Part shown: positions 49,660 to 64,000 of the stretch, piece by piece
Layout: each line of letters starts with the position of its first letter
How positions within the stretch are numbered: position 1 is the first letter of the stretch
Origin: the human T2T-CHM13v2.0 reference genome, Homo sapiens
Reading direction: 5' to 3' (one strand)
Assembly: GCF_009914755.1 (NCBI RefSeq)
Contig: NC_060927.1
DNA: 64,000 nucleotides
Made by a program: the position numbers and the translations under genes
The notes under the pieces: model-generated
Seen by the model: the letters and a program-made list of their open reading frames with translations, nothing else
Told to the model about the DNA's origin: nothing
Databases searched by the model: none

Positions 49660-50735
49660 AAATTATGATACCAAAAGTATAGGCAACAGAAGAAAAATAG
49701 ATAAACTAGACTTTATCAAAGTTAATGACTGTTGTATATCAAAAGACTCATCAACAGATTGAAAAGACAACATGGAATGGGAGAAAATATTTCCGAATCA
49801 TATATCTCATAAGGGATTAATATCTAGAATATATACAATAAAGAACTCTTACAACTCAACAACAACCAAAAAAACTTGATTAAAAAATGGGCTAAGGACT
49901 TGAATAGACATTTCTACAAAGAAGAAAATACATAAACGGCAAAAAACATAAGAAAAGATGCTCAAAATCACTGATAATTAGGGAAATGCAAATCCAAACC
50001 ACAGTGAGATAGCACCTCACACCCATTAGTATGCCTGTTATTAATAAAACAGAAATTAACGTGTTGGGGAGAATGTGGAGAAATTGGAACCCTTAAACGT
50101 TGCTGGTAGGAATGTAAAATAACACAGCCTATGTGGAAAACAATATGGCAGTTTCTCAAAACATTAAACATAGAATTACCATATGATCCAGCAATTCCAC
50201 TTCTGGGTGTATACCCAAAATAATTGAAAGCAGGGACTTGAATGGATACATGCACACCAATGTTTGTAGCAAAATTATTCACAAGAGCCAAAAGGTGGAA
50301 ACAGTCCAAGGATCCATTGACAAGTAAATGAGTAAATAAAATATATTGTATGAACATACAATAGAGTATTATTTGGCCTTAATGAAATTCTGATGCATGC
50401 CACAACCTGGATAAATCTTAGAGAAGTTATGCTAAGTGATACAAGCCTGATACAAAAGGAAAAATACTATATGGTTCAACTTACATGAGGTACCTAGAGT
50501 AGTCAAATTCATAGAGATAGTATAATGGTGGTCTCACCCTGGGGAGAGGGAGGAATAGGGAATTATTATTTAATCAGTGCAGAGTTTTTTAGTAGATGAA
50601 AAAGTTAGTTATAGAGATGGATGGTAGTGATGGTTGCATAGCAATGAGAAGATACCAGTGCCACTGATCTGTAGACTTAAAAATGGTGAAAATGTACATT
50701 TTATGTTGTGTGTATCGTACTACAATAAAAAAAAT
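49660..50735 (+). mobile_element. L1MB-type 3' ORF2 and 3' UTR fragment
   Basis: GAATGGGAGAAAATATTT..GGAAATGCAAATC..CATATGATCCAGCAATTCCACTTCTGGGT..TGAGGTACCTAGAGTAGTCAAATTCATAGAGA. Confidence 0.9.
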
Positions 50736-52653
50736 TTATTTATTTACTGGGGGAATTTTAGGAAGATGGAGGCCTCAACTTCATCCCAACTCTGTCCAAA
50801 CTGCTTCCCTGGAAAAGTGAACAAACTTAGGGCACCTGCAGGATCTCTTTAGGCATTCTACGATCTCCAGGGAAAGAACAGGTTCAGGCTCCATCTCTGT
50901 GGCATAAAAAGAACCATCATCAGGAGAAAGCTTGCTACCTGTAGAAGTCAGGATCATTTTGGAGGAGGGAGCCTGGTCAGCCCAGTGAATGTCTGCAGAA
51001 AGGGGCAGCACCTGTTTGCTTGCCTCATAAGTACATGGGAAGTCAATGTAATGGCAGCATTTCAATTTCAATTCATCGGAAAAGGGCCAATTTGCTTAAT
51101 AGTGTTAATATAATAGAGTCTACATTTGGAAGAAGTGACATTAGATCCTCTGACTTATCTCCTTCTTTACCCGCAAAATTCTAAAGATTAAAAATGTATA
51201 TTTTCTAAACCTCCACTAAAATAGAAGAAAATATAGGAGCATATTTATGTAATTTGGAGGACATGGATGGGAACTCAGAAGGCAAGGAGGAAAAGATACA
51301 TATAGTATACTCTAAATAAAAAGGGTATGGTAAAACATGCCATCAGCAAAGTCAAAATCAGAAAATAGACTCTAAAACCATTTACTATTTATAGACGACA
51401 AAAGGTTTATATCCCTTTTAAGTAGAGAGCTACAGTGTCATGATAAGAAAAACAAATGAACAACTTAATAAAAATTGGACATCATGCAGAAGAGAAACTA
51501 TACATGGCTGATAAACGTAGGAAAAGATGGCCAGCTTTATAAAAAGGTCTAGGAAATGTAAATTATAATAGCCGTGAGAGTCCATGTTTCTCTCATTGTG
51601 TAGAGTCAGTGCTAGTGAGGATGTGGGGAAACAGGTGTGTTTAAGCACTGCTGCTGGTAACATGAATTTCTATTATCTAATTGATAGTAATTGGGCAATA
51701 TTGAAATTTAAAATGCCCATGCCCTTTGGCCCAACATATCTCACTTTTGGGAATCTGTACCGTTAAAATAAATCCCCCAGTAAATAAATATATAGATATA
51801 AGCCTATGTATTACTATGAAACATAGTGGCAAAAAACCCTGGAAATATATTTGAATGCTTATCAGTAAGGGAATTATTGAATAAATTATGCGTATGTATG
51901 TACATATGGGATGTTGAACATATTGAAAAGGATGTTAGATATCCATGTATCAGCCTGGAGGGAGAGATTTATTAATAATTTTTAAAAGTTGCAGATTGTT
52001 AAATATATTTAATATGATTACATTTTAGTTTTTGTTCATTTTTAAAAAAGACAGAATACCTCTCTGTGATCTCTGTTTATATGAGAGAAAGGTGTTGAAA
52101 GGCACATACCAGGCTGTGTGTTAACATTGGGTCCTCAAGGGGGAGATCATTATGCTTTTCATTTTGCATCTCTTTACCACGTTACCATTTTGACTTCCCA
52201 CAACCAATATATGTTTATAAGTTAAAACGTATACAATCAACAATTTAGAGAAAATTAACTTGGATCTGTATTTTCTTTGCTATTTCCAACTTTATCCTGT
52301 TTCTCAGACTTGTGACTTGTGGGAAGGAGAGGGTTTGAAATGTAAATTCTGCTAATCTGAGAATTCCTTAATGTATACCTAATTTTGGTGTCACCCTAAT
52401 AGTGAATTCTGTGTCAGTAGAGCTTTGTTAGAACTGCAGATTTAGAGCTACAGTAAACACTTAATTTTACATTTTATTCCTTATATGAACTTTCTGTATG
52501 TTACATGGGCAATTAATAGGTTGTCTTAAGACACTCAGATGGGAGAGATTGCATTTCAGAACCTCAAAGCCTAATGTCAGTCAAAAATACACCTAAGATT
52601 TTGTTACTTAGGGTTTTATTCTATTCAGTCTTTAATTCGACCATTTGTGTTAG

Positions 52654-53238
<585 letters not shown>

Positions 53239-53449
53239 TAATGAATTTGACTTGCTTTCTTGTTTTAGGAATATAGAAAACCTTCACCTTTGGCAGTCTG
53301 AAGGTCTGTGGTATATATGGTGCCCGGCCATGTTATTTATAGATTTAGTTATTCCTATTTCATGGGATTTGGTTTTATGATCTGGCTGTCCATAGCTTAC
53401 TCTGTAGCATGTGAATATATTTATCAGTAGAAGTAATGGAACAACCACT

Positions 53450-53650
53450 GCTAGATGAGGGGCTTCTAGTCCTAGTCCTCATAGTTACTAGTTGAATGAC
53501 CTTGGGTTAATAATACCATCTCTGAGTTTCAACATCCTCATTTGTAAAATGGGGATGATAATACCTACCCTGTTGTACTTTATCAGTTGTGGAGATTAAA
53601 TGAGCAAGTGCTAAGTCTTTTCACAACCACAGTGCCTTGTAAATGTGTGC
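53450..53650 (+). mobile_element. MIR
   Basis: TGACCTTGGG..CTCATTTGTAAAATGGGGATGATAATACCTACC core. Confidence 0.75.
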
Positions 53651-53750
53651 ATATTATAAATAAATGAAATTACTATATGTCTAATTGGTGAGAGGATGTT
53701 GTAAAATCTAATTTTCATTCAAGCAGGACTGTTACATTTTATTTTTTTAA

Positions 53751-53981
<231 letters not shown>

Positions 53982-54034
53982 TAAAGTACATGGAAGTTAT
54001 ATTTTTCCCTTTCTCTGTCTTTTTAAACCCACAG

Positions 54035-54120
54035 ACGTTTTGCTCCTGATATTTCGTCCTATGTCTTGTCTGATGACATCAAGCTACATTCCCTCCAGCT
54101 GCTACCCATTTACCAGACCG
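54035..54120 (+). CDS. HPS3: HPS3 exon 4
   Basis: Acceptor CCCACAG|A; [28 protein letters not shown]; donor G|GTAAGC; 86 nt. Confidence 0.95.
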
Positions 54121-54207
54121 GTAAGCATGACAGTGCAGGAGTGCGACAGTGCAGCAAGGTGAAAATGCTCTGTCTGGGCTGGGAGTGAAGACCCATGTGG
54201 GTAATAG

Positions 54208-54909
<702 letters not shown>

Positions 54910-55404
54910 TGAGTACTAGAAAGGGAAGTCATACCTGCTAGGAGAAGCCATGGAGAAGGCATGACAGACTGAACTCATTTCCCTTTTTGAAATGGCCTCT
55001 AGGCCCAAAAAGGAAATTGGAGACCTGTTAGAGCCAAGGTATGTGTGGGTTCTAGCTGGGTATTTGGCCAAGCTTCTTATGATTGGCTTGTGAATTAGGT
55101 GTAAAAATGTGGACTGAATGGAAAATAATTTAGAGCAGTTGTTTTCAACCCTGCCACACAATGGGCTTACCTGAATGCTTTTTAAGATATTGATACTCAG
55201 GCTCTACATGCAAGATATCAGTTACAGGGCCTGGGCATTAGTATTTTTTAAAAACTCCCCAAGAGTCTAATGGGCACCATGATTGAGAATCACTAATAGG
55301 CCCTGCACTCAGTTCTGGCCTGATTAACATCTTTAGATGTTATCTAGAGAAAGATACAAATATTATTCCGATTAAATGTGTTTCTAACCTTCATTTTTTT
55401 TTCT

Positions 55405-56340
55405 TTTAGTAAATATTTATTGAGTACCTACTATGTTGAGCATTGTGCTGAATACTAGGGAACTAACAGTGAGTGAAGTGCTTGCTCTTACGGAGCTAAT
55501 TGTCTAGTGGGGGAAGGGAGACATTCGAATAACGGCAGATTCACAGTTGTACCCTGAAATGAGTGATCTGTGGTAAACCTCCCTGTGACAGCCTATAACA
55601 AAAGACCCTGACCTCATCTTGAGGTCAGGGAAGGCTTCCTGAGAAAGAGGATCTGAAGGGCGAATTGGACTCACTTGGGAATAGGGTTGGGTTGGTGCAG
55701 GGGAGGGGAAGAGAGCCTTCCAGGCAGAAGCAGCAGCAAAGGCTCTGTTGCAGAGGGAGGATCACATCTGAGAAACTGAGAGAAGCAAAACTAAGGGGGC
55801 TGCAGTGAGACAGGGCTGGAGACCAGACAGGGCCAATAGCCATATTAGAGGGTCAGCTAAAGATCCAGTGAGCTTCCCATAGCACTTGGAATAAAAACTC
55901 CAAATCCATTCCATGGCGTATATGACCTTAACTCTAAGCCCATCGTGTCCCACTCTCACCCTGCTTACTATTCTTCATCCATAGTGGCCTTTCCCTCTTC
56001 CTTAGAGACGCCACAGGCACGCTTATCTAAGACCTATTATTTGCTCTTCTTGTGCGTAGGGTACTCCTCTCAGCCTTGTGTGACTGGTGCATTTAAGTCA
56101 TTCAGTTCGCAGCTGAAGTGTAGCTTCATGACGGAGGACTTCTCTGACCTCTCAATTTAAAATATCCCTTCTCCACTCACACTGGAGTTTACTTGTTTAC
56201 TCTCCATCCCAATCCCCATCACTAGAATGAAGGCTCTGTGAAAGCAGTTACGTTGTTTTGAACACTGTTGTATCCCTAGAATCTGGAACAGCAGCACTTA
56301 GTAGGTACCTGATGAATGCTGACTGAATAGACGAATGGAT
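55405..56340. mobile_element. L2 fragments in both orientations
   Basis: AAATATTTATTGAGTACCTACTATG (antisense 3' end) and CTAGAATGAAGGCTCTGTGAAAGCAG..TGAATGCTGACTGAAT (sense 3' end). Confidence 0.7.
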
Positions 56341-56834
56341 GGGTCATATGTATTTGAGCTGGGCCGTAATGGATGATAGAGATTTTGGAAAGATATTACA
56401 TAATGGGAACCAACATTATATGAGGTGTAAAATTATGTGTATTTGGAGATTCGTGAGCAGTTCTCTTTGGCCAGAGCACAGATATATGTTAAAAAAGAAT
56501 AGGGAGAAAAAAACTGGACAGTTGACTTTCAGCCAAATATGGAGAGTACAGAATTGGACTTCTGCTATTAATTGGTGTCCTTCAAGGGTGTCAGTCAGGG
56601 TACTTGTTAAACAACTTTGGTTATGAAAAATTACAGCCACATGTAGATAGAAAATAGTGCAGTGAACCCCCACGTACCCATCAAACAGCTTCAACAGTGT
56701 TGCTCCATGCTACATTATTTTGATGCACATCCCGGAGTTCATACCATTGCATTCATAAATATTTCAACATATGTCTCTAAAAGTATTCTTTTACTTAAAC
56801 CCAAAATGCTATTTCACATTATAAAAAATTTGTT

Positions 56835-57283
<449 letters not shown>

Positions 57284-57454
57284 TTAATATCTAGGCTTTC
57301 CTTCCTCTCTTTTCTTTGCATCTTATTTAACAAGAAATTAGACTCTTTACTGTAAAATTTCCAACAATCTGAATTTTGCTAAGTGAATCCTTACGTGTCA
57401 TTTAACATGTTTCTCTGTCCACTGTATTTCCATTTGAGTTGGTAGATGGAAATC

Positions 57455-57755
57455 TATGCTGTTTAGTATGGTAGCCATTAGTCACATGCCGCTATTAAGC
57501 ACTTGAAATATGACTAGTCTGAATTGAGATATGGCATAAGTATAAAATACACACTAGGTTTTGAAGACTAAGTACAAAAATGTATATAATATTAATTTTT
57601 GTGTTTATTGCTTCTTGAAATGGTAATATTTTTGATATGTTGGGTTAATACAATATTATTAAAATTTTACTTGTTTCTTTTTACTTTTAAAAATGTGATT
57701 ACTAGAAATCTAGTAATTGCAGATGTGGCTCACATATTTCTATCAACATTGCTGG
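57455..57755. mobile_element. MER33-like hAT MITE
   Basis: ATGGTAGCCATTAGTCACATG..CTATTAAGCACTTGAAAT..TAAAATACACAC. Confidence 0.7.
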
Positions 57756-58093
57756 TCTATACTCAGGCTTGCTCAGATTATTTATTATTCTTTTTATTAT
57801 TTTGAAACCCAAGTAGTGTTGAGCTCTGCCAGTGGACTCTTTTTGTGATGTTAACAGCCATTGATGATCATTACTTAGATCTGTTAATTTAGTAGGGGTT
57901 GTACAATGCCGATATTCTAATTATATTACTCCTTTTTTATTTCTTACCAACATTCTTCTATAAAGAGCAACTTCCCCTTTGCAACTCTTTGGTTACCCAC
58001 TGATACAGTTTGCATAGCAAAGTCAATATATGATTATTTCCCCCTTTATTTACTGGTTTCATGGTGTTTTATTTCTTTCATTTTTGCATGCAG

Positions 58094-58286
58094 GTTCTCT
58101 TACATCTGATGGAAAAAATTTGTCTCAGGAAAAAGAATTGCTGAGTCTCTTTTGCTTTTTCTCCTTACCTCATGTGGGCTATCTCTACATGGTTGTCAAA
58201 TCTGTTGAATTGATGTCAGTCTACCAGTATCCTGAAAAGTCTCAGCAGGCAGTACTCACGCCACAATTTTTGCACGTCATTACAAG
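58094..58286 (+). CDS. HPS3: HPS3 exon 5
   Basis: Acceptor GCATGCAG|GT; [31 protein letters not shown]...FLHVIT; donor AG|GTACTG; 193 nt. Confidence 0.96.
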
Positions 58287-59599
58287 GTACTGTTAGAGGG
58301 TCACTTGCTGGCCTGTGAGTCACTTATTTGTAAATTTTTGAGGTACTTCCTAAATCTGTGAGAATTGTGTGAACTAGCATAGAGTACTATAAATGCATGA
58401 GTTACATGTCATTGTAAGTCTGTCTTTTGATGACCCATACCTGCCTTTTCAATGTCAAAGATTTAGACTCTGGTTTTGTCTTTGTTTGTTTCCCTAGACT
58501 GGATAGGGGTCCCTGTAAGGAAGTATAAGGTTCTTCATAAAGGAAGACTTTCATAGGGAGTTTTAATGAAAAGTCAATGCAGCCAGTCAGAGCGTCTCTT
58601 TAAGTTTCTTTTTAGATTTCCTAAATTTTTTTTCTCACTGCTACCATATTTTTCTAGTATAAATTGAGTTATTTATAATAGTTTAGAACTGTGAAGGGGC
58701 CAGAGAGATGATCTGATTCTCTCCTTGATTGGCACAGATAGGGAAGTTGTTACAGAGAGGTTAGAATTGGCCAAAGTCATGTGCTAATTGGTGGCAGATG
58801 TGTTGAGTTGCCTTCCCCTATTATGCTGGCATGTAAACTGGGTTCACAAGCAGTAGCTTGATTTCATTTCCTTTTAATCTCAGCAGCATATGATGGTTTT
58901 GGTTCTATTTCCTGTTTTTTGAGCTTAGATTATGTTCAGGGCACTTCCTTGTGCCCTCTGACCATGCAACTGTGAATAAGATACACCAACCACTTTCTAA
59001 AGCAACAATAGAAGAGAAGGTTAGAGAGACACACAAGAGTCACAGACACTAGGAGATTTGCGAAAAATGTCTTAAGACCTCATGAAAGTGCCATTGACAT
59101 TGGGAGGAGGGAAGTTACTTCTGGCTAAGTTGTATGGGGAAGTTGTGGATAGCTGATTGTGTTTGAAGTGAAGCATGAAAGCTAGCTAGAATTTTGGTAG
59201 ATGAAGATTGAAAGAGATGTGCATTATAGATTGAAGGAAGACTATAAACAAAAACTGTATCAAGTTTTTAGGAACATCCAAAAATTAATTGCACAGGACA
59301 GAGATCACCCCACCACTGAGTGGTAGTATCACAATCTCTAGCAGGTGCTGGAGATTCCAAACTGCATAGAACCAATCTGGAGATTCTGATATCCACTCTT
59401 AGTGGTTGCACTCCCTTCTCCACCTGATTTCTGGCTTAAGGAGAAATGCTGCTGATGGCAGTGTGTTTCTTAAGTGAACAATGTGGAGGTAGCTACTCTT
59501 TCCAGTGTCCAAAGTGTTGTGTAGTGATGTTCTTTAAATATGAAGAAGCTGAAAAGTAGACAGGTGGTGAAAACAGTGCTTGAAAAGAGAGCTCAAGGA

Positions 59600-60060
59600 T
59601 TTGAAAATTAAACTAAGGACTTTTTTTTAAAGTTTTAACCAGAGAAAGTAATATGATCAGAACATTGTTTTAGGAAAATTAATGGTGGCTGTTGTGGAAG
59701 ATGGATTGAACATAGATAAATAAGCTATTGGAATAGTTCAGGCAAGGATATTAAGGGGCGGTATTCAGGCATGGTAGTGTTAATGAAAGGAGAAGGGAGG
59801 ATGCATGGGAGAGGCTTCAGTGGGAAAGTTAAAAGACTTGTCTGATGGGATAATGGGGATGTAGGAGGCATGAAAAATCCCACCAAGGTTTTGCCTGCTT
59901 TTATGAAACAATGGAGGCTGGTGAAATGTGGGGCAAAAGAGATGTTTGGTTTAGACATTTGAGTTTGAGATGCTTATAGATTATCAAGACATAATGCTAA
60001 GTAGGCTTTTGGACACATAGAACTGTAGATTAGGGTAAAGAGGAAAGCTTAGAAGTTTTA
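59600..60060 (-). mobile_element. L2 fragment
   Basis: TTTAGGAAAATTAATGGTGGCTG..TTTAGACATTTGAGTTTGAGATGC motifs. Confidence 0.6.
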
Positions 60061-60584
60061 CTACCGCCAAAAAAAAAGTTGATTATTAAAGTAGTGAGAG
60101 TATGTAGATAGTGAAAAGTTATTAAAGAATTAAACTCTGGTGAAGGTCTTGCTCAGCAAGCAAGAGGAGAAAGACAAAGATTTTTAAGGATGCAGAAGAA
60201 TCTAGGAAACTATACCATCTCAGAAACAATGGAAAAAGGGAAAAGAAAGGAATATACTAATTTCTGTCCCATCATATAGATGTAAAAGACTATCCATCTT
60301 TTTCCCATCTGATTGCATATACTTGAAGTACACTGAGAATTTAGTGAGTGGACCCACTAAATCTGTTGCCCCATCTCTCTTATTTATAAGTTATGTACAT
60401 ATTTGGAGTGTAGAGCCCTGAAAGCATTATATTATGGGTTTGAATGGACTTGTAATGCGTGGGTTTTGACTGCCTCCAGATAGGACATTTTTGAGCTTTT
60501 CTTATTATCAGCACTAAAGGAGACTGACATCATTAACTTCACTGTGAAACCATTAGACATTAGAATAGCAGTTGTTTTATGTAA

Positions 60585-60937
<353 letters not shown>

Positions 60938-61086
60938 TAAATGTTTCAAAATCTCTTGTCCCATAAGGTGGTCTTGAAAAGTTTCTGGAAGATAGGTATA
61001 CGCCTAAAGAAAGCAATAGAGATTTTTTTAAGAAGCAAAGAACAAAATAAAATCATGTAAAATGCCAACTTTATAGAAACGTGTAA

Positions 61087-61605
<519 letters not shown>

Positions 61606-61661
61606 TAGTATACATTTCTGCTTAGGATTCCAACAGTAGCCAATAGACTGGATTCCTATAG

Positions 61662-61999
<338 letters not shown>

Positions 62000-63231
62000 G
62001 AAACCCTGCCTTTTTATCTCTAAAATCTAAAGGCTATTTGTTTTTGCGGTCATAGCTATTCTCATCTGTCCTTCCGGTCCCACTGCAGGTACTTTTTTGC
62101 TTCCCTCTCTCTCAGTTTACTTCCCAAGGTTGCTAACTCTACTCCAGATTTGTAAGTGGTAGTGCTACTGTCCTAGTTATTGTCAGGACTCCAGAGGTCA
62201 TTTCCTAGAACGTTGCAGAGATAGACAGAGATGGCTGAGGCTGAAGTGGAAGCACCAGCAGATGGAGAGAGGCCTGACTACCTCTTAAATTGTGCTAAGC
62301 CTCCTAACTGAAAATATCAGAATGCCTTTTTTTATGAGGACATTTTTTAAATTTAATATTACTGTTAGGTTTGCTTTAGTCTTTTTTTTTTATTTTAAAG
62401 AGTTCGTTTTTACTTCTCCCACTTTCTAGTTTTTTTAAAAAGGGAGGGAGAAGGAAGGAATAAAAATATCAATTTCTGTCCCGTCACATAATGGAACAGA
62501 AATATACATCATTGTGTAGCAATTTCTAAGTTAATTAACTATTTTTAATGTCAATATTCGAGGGTTGACCTAGATAACAACCACAGATGACAACCAGGCA
62601 TCTATTGTGCACTTACTGTGGAGTCCCTAGGTCCTTTTTGTATGCAGAAGCAGCCTGGAGTTGTGGAAAGAGGTAGAGGAGTGTGAGGGGTCAGGAGACC
62701 TGGGATCTAATTGGCTCTACTCTCCAGAGAGGCGGTGGACCAGTCATGAACCTTTCATGCCCCAATCTTTAAAACAAGCTGCTGGACTAGGTAATTCTGA
62801 AGATGCCTTCAGATGGTCTCTCATTTTCAATTCGACCATTGGATTTGAGTTTGCATAGTCTGTGTTGTCCAGCATAATCCAGGATGGATTTCATCATGAG
62901 GTGGTTGAGGAAGAACAACAGTTAAGAAATGGATTTTAATCTTGGTTTTGATAGACACCCATCTGTACCTTGGGCAGGTACTGGGGGCATCATTTGTCTG
63001 TAAAATGAAGATACTGACCCAGATCCATGGTTCCTAACTAGGGATGCACATCAGAGTCACATATGGAGTTTTGTAGAAATGTACACGTCCAGATTCAGCC
63101 CCTAGAGATTGGGATTCACTAGGGGTGTTATGGGGACCAGTTGTGTATTTTTAAAAACACACCACAGGGATTCTGAGGCATTCCTCTTATTGAGAAGCAG
63201 TTTAACTTGGCAATATTTGACAAATACTTGA

Positions 63232-63432
<201 letters not shown>

Positions 63433-63721
63433 TGAAGATAGTGAAACCTTAAGATCACAAGGGAGCACATGAATACTCGTAGATTTGCTCTCAGACCTAA
63501 GCTAGGCAAGAACAAAAGAGCTTAAGGTTGTCTAATGTATTGAATTAGAACTTTTGGATGTAAAATAGTGAGGATTTTGTGATTCATGGCTTAGTTGACA
63601 GTTTTTAAGATTGCTTTGCAAACATTTCACTCCGAATTGATTTAGTGGATAGTTTTTAAAGTTTGGTAAAGAATATAAAAAGTGTGAACTGAGAGCAGTT
63701 CACAACTACTGTATGCTACAA

Positions 63722-64000
63722 TTTTATTTTTTATTTTTTTAATTTTAACTTTAATTTTTTCGAGGCAGGGTCTTGCTCTGTCACCCAGGCTGGAGGGCAG
63801 TGGCAAAGTCATAGATCACTGCAGCCTCGAACTCCTGGACTCAAGTGATCCTGCCACCTCAGCCCCTCAAGTAGCTGGGACTACAGGTGTGCACCACCAT
63901 GCCCTGCTGATTCTTTTTGTATTATTATTATTATTTTTTTTTTTTTTTTCTGCAGAGACAGGTTTTGCCGTGTCGCCCAGGCTGGTCTTGAACTTCTGGG
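63722..64000 (-). mobile_element. AluJ, cut by the window edge
   Basis: Antisense Alu. Confidence 0.88.

Noticed and set aside
49968-50357. 129-aa minus-strand ORF (and 34100-34378)
   Set aside because: Both are reading frames within decayed L1 ORF2 3' sequence.

Overview
Human (primate) genomic DNA, not prokaryotic; no CRISPR array or operon is present. The right third holds the CpG-island promoter and coding exons 1-6 of HPS3 (+ strand, BLOC-2 subunit). These splice in frame with canonical GT-AG sites to give 1245 coding nt (415 codons), and the gene continues past the window. The left 42 kb is repeat-dense intergenic DNA that starts in the tail of a CpG-rich region. From recalled synteny this is the upstream flank of HLTF, whose exons are not in the window. 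The intergenic part contains: a decayed MED28 processed pseudogene missed by the ORF track; a Y1 RNA retrocopy; two back-to-back LTR12 (ERV9) solo LTRs, one with a ~210-bp G-rich expansion; a complete ~10-kb LOR1-type provirus with nested Alu, LTR12, THE1 and MER1B insertions; a ~240-bp local duplication; a fold-back inside a THE1 LTR; an orphan ZNF143/NRF1-like motif cluster; and a very young AluYa5-like element. That Alu and an intron-1 Alu bracket HPS3 exon 1 at 3.9-kb spacing. I found no convincing new biological system. Repeat subfamily names are from memory of consensus sequences, and many repeat boundaries are approximate.
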